Source: an uncultured Gammaproteobacteria bacterium
Lineage (GTDB): Bacteria > Patescibacteriota > Patescibacteriia > 2-01-FULL-39-33
Assembly: GCA_964573235.1 (NCBI GenBank)
Contig: CAZNIV010000003.1
Location: forward strand, 1,482-65,481
Reading direction: 5' to 3'
Length of the DNA stretch: 64,000 nucleotides
Numbering within the stretch: position 1 is the first letter of the stretch; every line of letters starts with the position of its first letter. The position numbers and the translations under genes are program-made. Below are positions 37,758 through 46,487 of this stretch, in pieces. The notes beneath the pieces are model-generated. The model made no database searches and was not told the origin of the DNA. It saw nothing but the letters and a program-made list of their open reading frames with translations.

Positions 37758-39218
37758 TTAATTTTGAATACTATTTTTGTTCACCACGGTGATAGTGCGA
37801 ATTAGACCCAGGATAATCCAGAAAAAAATGCCGGTTAAGTTAGTTTCTAAATAGGGCTGAAAGAAGCTAGCAATAAAAAATAGGACACCAGCGCTAATGA
37901 TTGGTAGGTAGTAAGGGGTTAATTCATGATTGAGATAAATTTGTTTAAAACTAGTAGCTAAAACGGAGATGATAAAAGCAATGAATAAGATAAAACCAAT
38001 TAGGCCGGTTTGAATGAGAATGGCCAACGGGGAATTATGTAGATTGCGTAATTCTTCGTAGTTTTGCCAATCGCCAGTTTGCAAGTTGACACGCTTGCCA
38101 AAGCCGGTGCCAAGCATTGGGTTTTTTAGCCAAGAGTTTAAAGCAATGGTCCACAAGTCTTTGCGCCAAATAGCACTAGCATCTTCTTGTAAATTAACAA
38201 TAGAAGAAGCGCGAGTTACTAGATATTCTCCGGTAGTATTAATATTAGCGCTAAGTTGTTGGCGTGGATACAATGAAGTAATAGTAAGAATGATGGCGAT
38301 GGCGCTAAAAATAATTAAAATATTTTTGGCAGAAAAATTAAGGATTTTCTTTTTTGCTTCTTTGGGAATAATTAAGATTAAAATTACCAGAGCAACAATT
38401 AAGGCTAGCCAGAGATGACGCATTAAAGATACGGCAATGCCAAGTAGCCAAATCCATAAAATTAATCCGGCTATTTGTTGGTTAGCGAATTTTTTAAATG
38501 CCAAAAAGCTTAATAAGATTAAAGAGGAAAGACATAAATAAAAAGCGTGAGTGCCAGCTAGTAAGCGCAGGCCAGTAGTGGATAGGGGAGTAAATTCAGT
38601 CCACAAGCCTTGCCCAGTGATTAAGCCGTAGAGGATAAAAGGAATAATGATTACGCCACCCAAAAGAATTACTTCTATAAGTCGTTTTAAATCTTTGGCT
38701 TTTTGAACTGAATAGATAATTAAAAAGTAGATGGCGGAATAAAAGACATAATTTTTTAAGGTAGAAAAGGCGATATCGACTTGCACATTGTAGTCGGTTA
38801 AGGAACGAATAAAGGTAAATAGATTAATCAATATAAATATAATTAGGAGTGTTTCTGGCCAACCCCAAATGAATTGCACGCGCGCTCTTTTTTGTAGGCG
38901 TAAATGGATTAAAAAACTAATAGCAGTTAAGATAATTAAAATATCCAAGGGATATAGTTTATAGATGGTTTGGTCAATGACTAATGATTGCAAGGTAAAA
39001 TATCGTTCAAAGACCATAGTAAGTAGAATAATCATGTTCAATCCCAATTGTTCGCTGTAGAAAATAAAAGCTAAGCCCGTAATGACAAAAATCGAATACA
39101 GCCAGATATTGGGAGCCAGTATCATTAAGAGGATTAAGATGGCAAAATAAATAAAAGCCAGACTATTGATTAGAATAGTACGGCTTTTGGTATTAGAATT
39201 TTGGTCGATGGCCAGCAT
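37758..39218 (-). CDS. O-antigen ligase/polymerase-like (Wzy_C) polytopic membrane protein
   Basis: At least 10 TM segments and a large loop followed by LRNLHNSPLAILIQTGLIGF, resembling the Wzy_C motif. Confidence 0.7.
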   Translation of the reverse strand: MLAIDQNSNTKSRTILINSLAFIYFAILILLMILAPNIWLYSIFVITGLAFIFYSEQLGLNMIILLTMVFERYFTLQSLVIDQTIYKLYPLDILIILTAISFLIHLRLQKRARVQFIWGWPETLLIIFILINLFTFIRSLTDYNVQVDIAFSTLKNYVFYSAIYFLIIYSVQKAKDLKRLIEVILLGGVIIIPFILYGLITGQGLWTEFTPLSTTGLRLLAGTHAFYLCLSSLILLSFLAFKKFANQQIAGLILWIWLLGIAVSLMRHLWLALIVALVILILIIPKEAKKKILNFSAKNILIIFSAIAIILTITSLYPRQQLSANINTTGEYLVTRASSIVNLQEDASAIWRKDLWTIALNSWLKNPMLGTGFGKRVNLQTGDWQNYEELRNLHNSPLAILIQTGLIGFILFIAFIISVLATSFKQIYLNHELTPYYLPIISAGVLFFIASFFQPYLETNLTGIFFWIILGLIRTITVVNKNSIQN

Positions 39219-39221
39219 AAT

Positions 39222-39992
39222 TTATTTTTGGGATGAATCCTGACTTGGTTCTTCTGGAGTGTAATGAGGAGTAGGGTATTGATATTGATTAAGTAAGTTT
39301 TCGTTAGTAGATTCGGCTAGTAATTCCGACTCAAGAGAGGCTTGATTGTTGTATTGGTTAACTAATTCTTTACGATTGCTAGTAATGGAGAATAGTCTTT
39401 GTTGAGGAAAAATAACGATCAAGGTAAGGCTTAAAAATAACCCAGCCACCAAACCGAGTAAGCTGTTGCGTAATATTTTTGGTTCGGCCCATTTATCGGA
39501 AACAGATGGTTCATTAACAGTGCGAATTAAAACATTACTACCAAAGCCGTGATAGTATTGATGATTATTTTTAATAGTAGTAATAATGGCGTTAATCATT
39601 TTTTCGGCTTGATCGCGATCTGGATGTAAGACAGCCACTTCCATGATGCCGTTGCCATCTTTAATTTTTACGGTTACCATATTTTTCCAATTGTTCAATC
39701 TTTTTTCGTCAGTAGTGCCAAGATTATCAATTAAAGCAGGGTTGGTTTTGTAGACTTGACTAATAAAGGAATTAGAATAAGCTACTTCGCCTAAAATTCC
39801 GGCGATATAGTCAGAAGAGCGGGAGGCGGTGTATGGGTCGATGCTATTCTGATTGAAAACGACAATGATTTTAGAGGTAGCTAGATATTTTGGTGTTTGC
39901 ATAAAGCTTAAAAGTAAGCTTAAGGCACCAAAAAAAAGCGTAATAATTGTTACGGTAATGAGGTTGTGACGATTGAATAAGGTTTGGTTCAT
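39222..39992 (-). CDS. Wzz/PCP-like bitopic protein (two TMs flanking an external domain)
   Basis: TM1 (ITVTIITLFFGALSLLLSF), external domain, then TM2 (LLGLVAGLFLSLTLIVIF). Start moved to ATG 39992 because the annotated TTG start at 40079 is a -35 box. Confidence 0.45.
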   Translation of the reverse strand: MNQTLFNRHNLITVTIITLFFGALSLLLSFMQTPKYLATSKIIVVFNQNSIDPYTASRSSDYIAGILGEVAYSNSFISQVYKTNPALIDNLGTTDEKRLNNWKNMVTVKIKDGNGIMEVAVLHPDRDQAEKMINAIITTIKNNHQYYHGFGSNVLIRTVNEPSVSDKWAEPKILRNSLLGLVAGLFLSLTLIVIFPQQRLFSITSNRKELVNQYNNQASLESELLAESTNENLLNQYQYPTPHYTPEEPSQDSSQK

Positions 39993-40049
39993 AGCTATTT
40001 GGCTAAAATTAGGTTTATTTAAAATATAAATTATCTGTTTAAACTTTTT

Positions 40050-40078
40050 TATTATAACAAATTTAACATAATTTGTCA
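40050..40078 (-). promoter_or_regulatory. Consensus sigma70 promoter of the surface-glycan operon
   Basis: Minus strand reads TTGACA (40078-40073), 17-nt spacer, TGT-TATAAT (40055-40050). Confidence 0.55.
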
Positions 40079-40115
40079 ATAGGGGTTAATTTTATTAAAG
40101 ATTTGTATTTAAAAG

Positions 40116-40144
40116 TAGACATTAATGTCAAAAATTATTATAAT
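40116..40144 (+). promoter_or_regulatory. Sigma70 promoter of the small-membrane-protein/mraY transcription unit
   Basis: TAGACA (40116-40121), 17-nt spacer, TATAAT (40139-40144). Back-to-back with the minus-strand promoter. Confidence 0.5.
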
Positions 40145-40156
40145 GATACCAAATAA

Positions 40157-40537
40157 TTGCCAAATATGATACTTTCTTTTTTGGAGGAGAAAATTAAAAC
40201 CAATCCGGCACGACGGGACAAAGTTATTCTAATCAACGCTTTATTGGCTTTGGTTTTTAATGTAGCCCTATGGGTGTTATTTTTGTATTATTTTCATTCA
40301 GCTAGTGAATATATTGTGTTGAAGTATAATATCTATTTTGGCATCAGTGACTTAGGACTATGGTATTATGTGCTATTTTTGCCCTTAATAGGTTTGTTGG
40401 TTTTGTTGATAAATTATTTTGTGGCTTTGCTTATTTTTTTGCGCAATACTTATTTGAGTTATTTATTATCTTTCAGTTCTAGTATTGTTAATTTATTGTT
40501 ATTAATTGCTGGGTTGTTTTTAATTTATAAAAATTAA
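40157..40537 (+). CDS. Small 3-4 TM membrane protein of unknown function (intact copy)
   Basis: ORF of 126 aa from TTG 40157 (ATG alternative at 40166). Hydrophobic segments ALLALVFNVALWVLFLYYF, VLFLPLIGLLVLLINYFVALLIF, IVNLLLLIAGLFLIY. Confidence 0.6.
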   Translation: MPNMILSFLEEKIKTNPARRDKVILINALLALVFNVALWVLFLYYFHSASEYIVLKYNIYFGISDLGLWYYVLFLPLIGLLVLLINYFVALLIFLRNTYLSYLLSFSSSIVNLLLLIAGLFLIYKN

Positions 40538-40551
40538 TTAGTTATTATATT

Positions 40552-40707
40552 ATGTCTATAGAGTTTTTGGTGGTCAAAGTATTCTTTTTTGCTTTTATTT
40601 CTTTTGTAATTGCTATTTTGTGGACGCCATTATTAACTCATTTTTTGTATAAATATCGCTTGGGACAAAGTTATTCTAATCAACGCTTTATTGGCTTTGG
40701 TTTTTAA
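40552..40707 (+). pseudogene. mraY 5' fragment created by the duplication (first 38 codons, then out-of-frame tail)
   Basis: MSIEFLVVKVFFFAFISFVIAILWTPLLTHFLYKYRLG is identical to the intact MraY N-terminus, then QSYSNQRFIGFGF and a stop at 40705-40707. Confidence 0.7.
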
Positions 40708-40984
40708 TGTAGCCCTATGGGTGTTATTTTTGTATTATTTTCATTCAGCTAGTGAATATATTGTGTTGAAGTATAATATCTATTTTGGCATCAGTGACTT
40801 AGGACTATGGTATTATGTGCTATTTTTGCCCTTAATAGGTTTGTTGGTTTTGTTGATAAATTATTTTGTGGCTTTGCTTATTTTTTTGCGCAATACTTAT
40901 TTGAGTTATTTATTATCTTTCAGTTCTAGTATTGTTAATTTATTGTTATTAATTGCTGGGTTGTTTTTAATTTATAAAAATTAA
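40691..40984 (+). pseudogene. 5'-truncated duplicate of the small membrane-protein gene
   Basis: 97 aa identical to the C-terminal 97 aa of ORF 40157..40537. Only a TTG start is available and the original N-terminus and promoter are missing. Confidence 0.55.
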
Positions 40985-40998
40985 TTAGTTATTATATT

Positions 40999-42108
40999 AT
41001 GTCTATAGAGTTTTTGGTGGTCAAAGTATTCTTTTTTGCTTTTATTTCTTTTGTAATTGCTATTTTGTGGACGCCATTATTAACTCATTTTTTGTATAAA
41101 TATCGCTTGGGTAAGCAAATTCGCGCCAGTGAAGATGCGCCAATCTTTGCGCAGTTACATCAAAAAAAATCTGGCACGCCGGTAATGGGTGGTATGTTGG
41201 TATGGGTAACCACCTTGGTATTGGCGTTACTTTTTTGGTTGTTAGGATTTTTATTTAATGGGATGTTTAGCGGTCTTAATTTTTTAAGTCGCGCCCAAAC
41301 CTGGTTACCGCTGGGAGCATTGGTTATTACGGCTTTGGTTGGTATGGTGGATGATTATTTAAATGTGCGTCGTATTGGGCCAAAGGGGGGCGGTTTTTCT
41401 ATGAAGCATCGTTTGATTTTATATACAATCATTGCCATTGTGGTGGCTTGTTGGTTTTACTTTAAGTTAGATTGGGATTTAGTGCGAGTGCCTTTTTTGG
41501 GAGATTTTAATATTGGTTGGTGGTATATTCCATTCGCAGTATTTGTAGTAGTGGCGACCGCCTTTTCGGTTAATGAAACAGATGGCTTAGATGGTTTGGC
41601 TGGTGGCACCTTAATGACTTCTTTTTTGGCGATTGGTGCCATTGCTTTTATCCAGCAGCGTTATGACTTGGCTACTTTTTGTGCTGTAATTGCTGGGTCT
41701 TTATTGGCATTTTTATGGTTTAATATTGCTCCGGCTCGTTTTTTTATGGGTGATACGGGCGCTATGTCTATGGGGGTGGTATTAGCCATTATCGCCCTGC
41801 TAACCAATTCTGTTTTATTGTTGCCAGTTATTGGTTTGGTTTTTGTCTTAGAATCAGTTTCGGTGTTAATCCAAATGATTTCTAAAAAGTTAAGAAAAGG
41901 AAAAAAGATTTTTTTATCTACTCCGATCCATCATCACTTCGAGGCCGTTGGTTGGCCAGAAACTAAAATAGTGATGCGTGCCTGGGTAATATCGATGGTA
42001 GTAGCGGTAGCTGGTTTAGCTTTGTTTTTAACAGATGTTAAAACTAATAAAGATAATCAATATACAACGCAATGCAAAATTTTAGATAATAAATTAGATC
42101 ATAAATAA
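40999..42108 (+). CDS. mraY: Phospho-N-acetylmuramoyl-pentapeptide transferase
   Basis: NETDGLDGLA, FMGDTGAMSMG, PIHHHFE motifs. 10-TM architecture. Confidence 0.95.
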   Translation: MSIEFLVVKVFFFAFISFVIAILWTPLLTHFLYKYRLGKQIRASEDAPIFAQLHQKKSGTPVMGGMLVWVTTLVLALLFWLLGFLFNGMFSGLNFLSRAQTWLPLGALVITALVGMVDDYLNVRRIGPKGGGFSMKHRLILYTIIAIVVACWFYFKLDWDLVRVPFLGDFNIGWWYIPFAVFVVVATAFSVNETDGLDGLAGGTLMTSFLAIGAIAFIQQRYDLATFCAVIAGSLLAFLWFNIAPARFFMGDTGAMSMGVVLAIIALLTNSVLLLPVIGLVFVLESVSVLIQMISKKLRKGKKIFLSTPIHHHFEAVGWPETKIVMRAWVISMVVAVAGLALFLTDVKTNKDNQYTTQCKILDNKLDHK

Positions 42109-42110
42109 TT

Positions 42111-42779
42111 ATGACTGAAACGAAAATAACAGTGGGCGGTCAAGTATTTGATCGTTTTCATGTTAAGACTCATGTAGTAATGTTTGGGGATAAAATTGAA
42201 GACGTAGTAGAAAAATATGCTAAGCCAATTTTGCAAGCAAATGATTGGTTGTTTATTAGTGAGAAAGTAGTAGCGGTTACCCAAGGTCGCGCTTATAAAA
42301 TTGTAGATATTAAAGTTTCATTTTTAGCTAATTTTTTAGTGAAGTTTGTTTATAAGTCACCGTATGGTATTGGCTTAGGCCGACCGCAAACAATGCAATT
42401 AGCTATTAACGAAGCGGGGGCTTGGCGTATTTTGTTAGGCGCTTTAGTTTCGGCTATTACTAAACCGTTTGGGGTTCGCGGTATTTTTTATAAAGTAGTG
42501 GGCAAGGGAATTAATGCGATTGATGGCCCATGTGACTATACTCTGCCGCCTTATAATCAATATGCTGTTCTTGGCCCTAAAGACCCGGATAAGGTAGCTG
42601 CTATGCTGGCGGAGAAAAATAATTGCGAAGTGGTGATTGTGGATGCTAATGATTTAGGAGTGGCCATTTTAGGTGCCAGCAAAAATGTTGATCGGAAGTT
42701 AGCAGCGGAAATTTTTCGGGATAATCCATTAGGGCAAACAAATGAACAAACCCCACTTTGTGTAGTGAGAAAAATTTAA
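42111..42779 (+). CDS. CofE / F420-0:gamma-glutamyl-ligase-like domain protein
   Basis: WLFISEKVVAVTQGRAY and EVVIVDANDLGVAILGAS resemble F420_ligase-family motifs. ~220 aa, tightly packed between mraY and murD. Confidence 0.5.
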   Translation: MTETKITVGGQVFDRFHVKTHVVMFGDKIEDVVEKYAKPILQANDWLFISEKVVAVTQGRAYKIVDIKVSFLANFLVKFVYKSPYGIGLGRPQTMQLAINEAGAWRILLGALVSAITKPFGVRGIFYKVVGKGINAIDGPCDYTLPPYNQYAVLGPKDPDKVAAMLAEKNNCEVVIVDANDLGVAILGASKNVDRKLAAEIFRDNPLGQTNEQTPLCVVRKI

Positions 42780-42780
42780 T

Positions 42781-44181
42781 ATGGATTTTAAAAATAAAAA
42801 AATAGTGGTTATGGGCTTGGGTCTTTATGCGGATGGCTCAGGTATTTCGGCCACTAAATATTTATTAGCCCAAGGTGCTAATATAGTAGTGACTGATTTA
42901 AAAACGGCTGAACAACTTAAATCGCAATTAGAGCGCTTAGGGGATTTAGTTAATCAGGTAGAATTGGTTTTGGGTCAGCATCGGGAGAGTGATTTTTTGG
43001 ACGCTGATTATATTATTCGTAATCCGGGCGTGCCAAAATCGTCTAGATTTTTGCAGATCGCTAGAGAACATAATATTCCGATTGAATCTGATATTTCTTT
43101 ATCATTTAAGCTTATAAATAAAGATCGTTTGTTGGCGGTAACAGGAACTCGTGGCAAGAGTACAACTACTAGCTTGCTTTATGAGATTATTAAAGCTAAT
43201 GATAAGCGAGCAGTTTTGGGGGGTAATATTACTAAATCGCCGTTAGCCCAAATGTCTGCTGTAAAAAAGGGTGGTCCGGTGGTTTTGGAGTTATCTTCTT
43301 TTTTATTAGAAACTTTGGAGCCGTTTAAAGTGTCTCCGCATGTGGCTGTGTTTACTAATATTTACCCAGATCATTTAAATGCTTATAATAATATTGCTGA
43401 ATATGTGGCAGCTAAAGAAAATATTTGGCGGTGGCAAGAAAAAGATGATTTTGTAATTTTAAATCGTGATAATTCGATTACTAAAGCCATGGGAAAGAGG
43501 GTGGTTAGTCAGCGCTTGTGGTTTTCTCTAAAGTCATTTACTCAAGAGAATGGTGTTTTTGTAAAAAAAGGTAAAATTGTGGCGCGTTTGAACGGGGAGG
43601 AAAAAAATATTTTGGCTGTTAAGCAATTAAAAATGATTGGTGAACATAATGTGGCCAATGCTTGCGCGGCGACGGCAGCCGCCTTGGTTTATGCCGTTCC
43701 TTTGGCAGTTATTAAGGTAGTGTTAAAAAATTTTAAGGGCATTGCTGATCGCTTAGAGTTACTGAAAGAAGTTAGGGGTGTAAAATATTATAACGATACC
43801 ACTTCGACTACACCAGAAGCGGGATTAGTGGCGCTGGATGCTTTTAAAAAATACAAAAAGAAAATCGTGATGATTGCTGGCGGTTCTGATAAGGGGTTAA
43901 ATTTTTCTGAAATTGTTAAAAAAATGAAAAGCCATTGTGAGGCCTTGGTGCTTTTAAATGGCACAGGTACGGTTAGATTATTAGAGACTATTAAACAATC
44001 TAAATTGCGTTGCCCTGTGCTTGTGGTTGATTCTATGTTAGAGGCGGTTAATCAGGCCAGTGGTTTAGTTAAAAAAGGTGGTATTGTTTTATTATCCCCT
44101 TGTTGTGCTAGCTTTGGCATGTTTTCCAATGAGTTTGATCGAGGGGAAAAATATCGCTCAGCGGTGAAAAAAATTAAATGA
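42781..44181 (+). CDS. murD: UDP-N-acetylmuramoylalanine--D-glutamate ligase
   Basis: Mur ligase P-loop GTRGKSTTT, NDTTSTTPEA, and dcw position after mraY. Confidence 0.9.
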   Translation: MDFKNKKIVVMGLGLYADGSGISATKYLLAQGANIVVTDLKTAEQLKSQLERLGDLVNQVELVLGQHRESDFLDADYIIRNPGVPKSSRFLQIAREHNIPIESDISLSFKLINKDRLLAVTGTRGKSTTTSLLYEIIKANDKRAVLGGNITKSPLAQMSAVKKGGPVVLELSSFLLETLEPFKVSPHVAVFTNIYPDHLNAYNNIAEYVAAKENIWRWQEKDDFVILNRDNSITKAMGKRVVSQRLWFSLKSFTQENGVFVKKGKIVARLNGEEKNILAVKQLKMIGEHNVANACAATAAALVYAVPLAVIKVVLKNFKGIADRLELLKEVRGVKYYNDTTSTTPEAGLVALDAFKKYKKKIVMIAGGSDKGLNFSEIVKKMKSHCEALVLLNGTGTVRLLETIKQSKLRCPVLVVDSMLEAVNQASGLVKKGGIVLLSPCCASFGMFSNEFDRGEKYRSAVKKIK

Positions 44182-45332
44182 AAGAAAATAAAATTAAAAA
44201 TTGGTTAAGGAGTTTTTTTTATAAATCAAATGGGCAACAGGCCGATTGGTATCTTATTGGCTTGGTAACCTTTTTGTTATTTTTTGGTTTGGCTATTTTG
44301 TCATCCGCTTCATCGGTAGAAAGTTATCGAGTGTATGGTGATACTTATTGGCATTTGCGCCACCAGTTAATATATGGAGTGCTACCAGGTGTATTGTTTT
44401 TTGTTTTTTTTGCCTTTTTTGATTATCAAAAGCTGCGTAAATGGGCTTTTCCAATATTTTTATTAGCCATTTTTTTATTAGTACTGGTTTTTATTCCTGG
44501 GTTTGGTAGTACTAACAATACTTTTGCCAAAAGTTGGATTCATCTTTTTGGTTTTTCTTTTCAGCCAGCAGAGGTTGCTAAGCTATCATTTATTCTTTAT
44601 TTATCATCTTGGTTAGCATCGCGTGATAGTGATGTGATTAAAGATGCGAAGCAGGGATTTTTTCCATTCCTTTTTTCTTTGGGCGTTATTGGTGTATTAA
44701 TGATTATGCAACCAGATTGGGGCACTTTATTAATTATTGTGTCGATTGCGATAGCTATTTTTTTTGTGGCCGGTGGTAGTTTAAAGCATATTTTTTGGTT
44801 GATTATTTGTGGAATTGGGGTTTTTTCTTTATTAGTATCTAAATCGGCCACTACCTTAAAACGCTTGACTACTTTTTTACATCCAGAGCTGGATCCTAAG
44901 GGTATGGGGTATCAGATTAATCAAGCATTGTTGGCGGTTGGCTCTGGTGGTTGGTTGGGTCGCGGATTTGGTCATTCGCGCCAAAAGTTTTCTTATTTGC
45001 CAGAGGTTTATGGTGATTCGGTTTACGCTATTGCGGCGGAGGAATTAGGTTTTGCATTTTCGGTATTGATTGTGTTGGTATTTTTATTATTGTTTTTTAG
45101 AGGATTGAAGATTGCTAATAATTGTGAGGATAAGTTTGGTAAATATGTAGCAGTTGGTATAGCGACTTGGTTGATTACTCAGGCGTTTTTAAATATCGGG
45201 GCCATTATTGGTATTTTTCCTTTGACCGGCGTGCCGTTGCCATTTATTTCTTATGGTGGCACATCGCTGGCGGTGGCTTTGGCGGCTTGTGGTATTTTAG
45301 TTAATATTTCTCGCCAAACAAATCGCTACTAA
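44178..45332 (+). CDS. ftsW: SEDS-family peptidoglycan polymerase FtsW
   Basis: QPDWGT and TGVPLPFISYGGTS motifs. ATGA overlap with murD. Confidence 0.9.
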   Translation: MKENKIKNWLRSFFYKSNGQQADWYLIGLVTFLLFFGLAILSSASSVESYRVYGDTYWHLRHQLIYGVLPGVLFFVFFAFFDYQKLRKWAFPIFLLAIFLLVLVFIPGFGSTNNTFAKSWIHLFGFSFQPAEVAKLSFILYLSSWLASRDSDVIKDAKQGFFPFLFSLGVIGVLMIMQPDWGTLLIIVSIAIAIFFVAGGSLKHIFWLIICGIGVFSLLVSKSATTLKRLTTFLHPELDPKGMGYQINQALLAVGSGGWLGRGFGHSRQKFSYLPEVYGDSVYAIAAEELGFAFSVLIVLVFLLLFFRGLKIANNCEDKFGKYVAVGIATWLITQAFLNIGAIIGIFPLTGVPLPFISYGGTSLAVALAACGILVNISRQTNRY

Positions 45333-45384
45333 TTGCCAAGATGGTCGGCTTTTGGTATTTTAAGTAGTAGAAAGGAATTAAATT

Positions 45385-46485
45385 ATGAACAATCAAACTG
45401 TAAGAGTTAGTGAAAAAATTATTAATCAAGGGCGTATTTTGTTTGCTGGAGGTGGTACTATGGGTTCCGTTAGTCCATTAATTGCCGTTCAGGAATACAT
45501 TAAAAAACAATTTCCTAATATTAAGTTTTTGTTTGTTGGCACTTATAGTGGTCCAGAAAAACAAGCTGTAGAAAGTTATAAGATTGTTTTTAAGGCTATT
45601 GCTTCTGGAAGATTGCGTCGTTATTTTTCTTGGCGTAATATTACCGATCCGTTTTTGGTAATTTGGGGATTTTTGCAGAGCTTGGTTATTCTTATTAAAT
45701 TTAAACCGAGCGTTGTAATGATTGCAGGTGCTTTTGTAGGGGTGCCCGTGGCTTGGGCGGCCTGGCTATTGGGTATTCCGGTAGTGATTCATCAACAAGA
45801 TATTTTACCGGGCTTGGCTAATAAGTTAATGCAAAGAGTGGCTAAAAGAATTACTGTTTCGTTCGATATTTCACTTAATGATTATTTGCAATCAAAAGTA
45901 GTATTAACCGGTAATCCGGTTAGAGAAGAATTTTTGTCTTGCGATTTACAGCATAGTCGCGATTTTTTTAATTTAAAAAGTGATTTACCAGTATTGTTAG
46001 TATTGGGCGGTGGAACCGGTGCGCAAATTATTAATGAATCAATAGTTAAGGCTTTAGCGGAGTTGTTGCAATTTTGTCAGGTGATTCATATTACGGGTAA
46101 GGGCAAGGCGATAAGAGTAGAAGCAGAAAATTATCATCAGTTTGAGTTCTTGTCTCATGAAATGCCAGATGCGCTTTGCGCGGCAGATGTAGTAGTAAGC
46201 AGGGCTGGTCTTTCTACTTTAACAGAATTAATTGCTATGGCTAAGCCGACTATTTTAGTACCTATTCCGGGGCATCAAGAAGATAACGCTTTATTTTTTC
46301 AAAAAAACAATGCAGTAACTTCTATTTCTCAAGACGCATTTAATTCGGAATTAATCATTTCTTTGGTTAAAGATATTATGTTTGATAAGGCCCGTAAAGA
46401 TAATTTGTCTCGTAATATTTCTAAGATGATGGAAGTTGGTGGGGCAGAAAAAGTAGCAGCCATCTTGTTGTCAGTAGCTAAATAA
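45385..46485 (+). CDS. murG: Undecaprenyldiphospho-muramoylpentapeptide beta-N-acetylglucosaminyltransferase
   Basis: GGGTMGSVSPLIAV and LGGGTGAQ glycine-rich loops, GT28 architecture. Confidence 0.9.
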   Translation: MNNQTVRVSEKIINQGRILFAGGGTMGSVSPLIAVQEYIKKQFPNIKFLFVGTYSGPEKQAVESYKIVFKAIASGRLRRYFSWRNITDPFLVIWGFLQSLVILIKFKPSVVMIAGAFVGVPVAWAAWLLGIPVVIHQQDILPGLANKLMQRVAKRITVSFDISLNDYLQSKVVLTGNPVREEFLSCDLQHSRDFFNLKSDLPVLLVLGGGTGAQIINESIVKALAELLQFCQVIHITGKGKAIRVEAENYHQFEFLSHEMPDALCAADVVVSRAGLSTLTELIAMAKPTILVPIPGHQEDNALFFQKNNAVTSISQDAFNSELIISLVKDIMFDKARKDNLSRNISKMMEVGGAEKVAAILLSVAK

Positions 46486-46487
46486 AT

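Larger units (their letters stand above)
40215..41108. repeat. Perfect tandem direct duplication, 2 x 447 bp
   Basis: Copy 1 (40215-40661) and copy 2 (40662-41108) are identical when compared base by base by eye. GGG microhomology at 40215, 40662 and 41109. Confidence 0.95.

Noticed and set aside
39993-40079. N-terminal 29-codon extension of ORF 39222..40079 (start MTNYVKFVIIKK).
   Set aside because: Its TTG 'start' is the TTGACA -35 hexamer and the extension spans the whole promoter (TTGACA-17-TATAAT). The first ATG (39992) precedes the TM segment.
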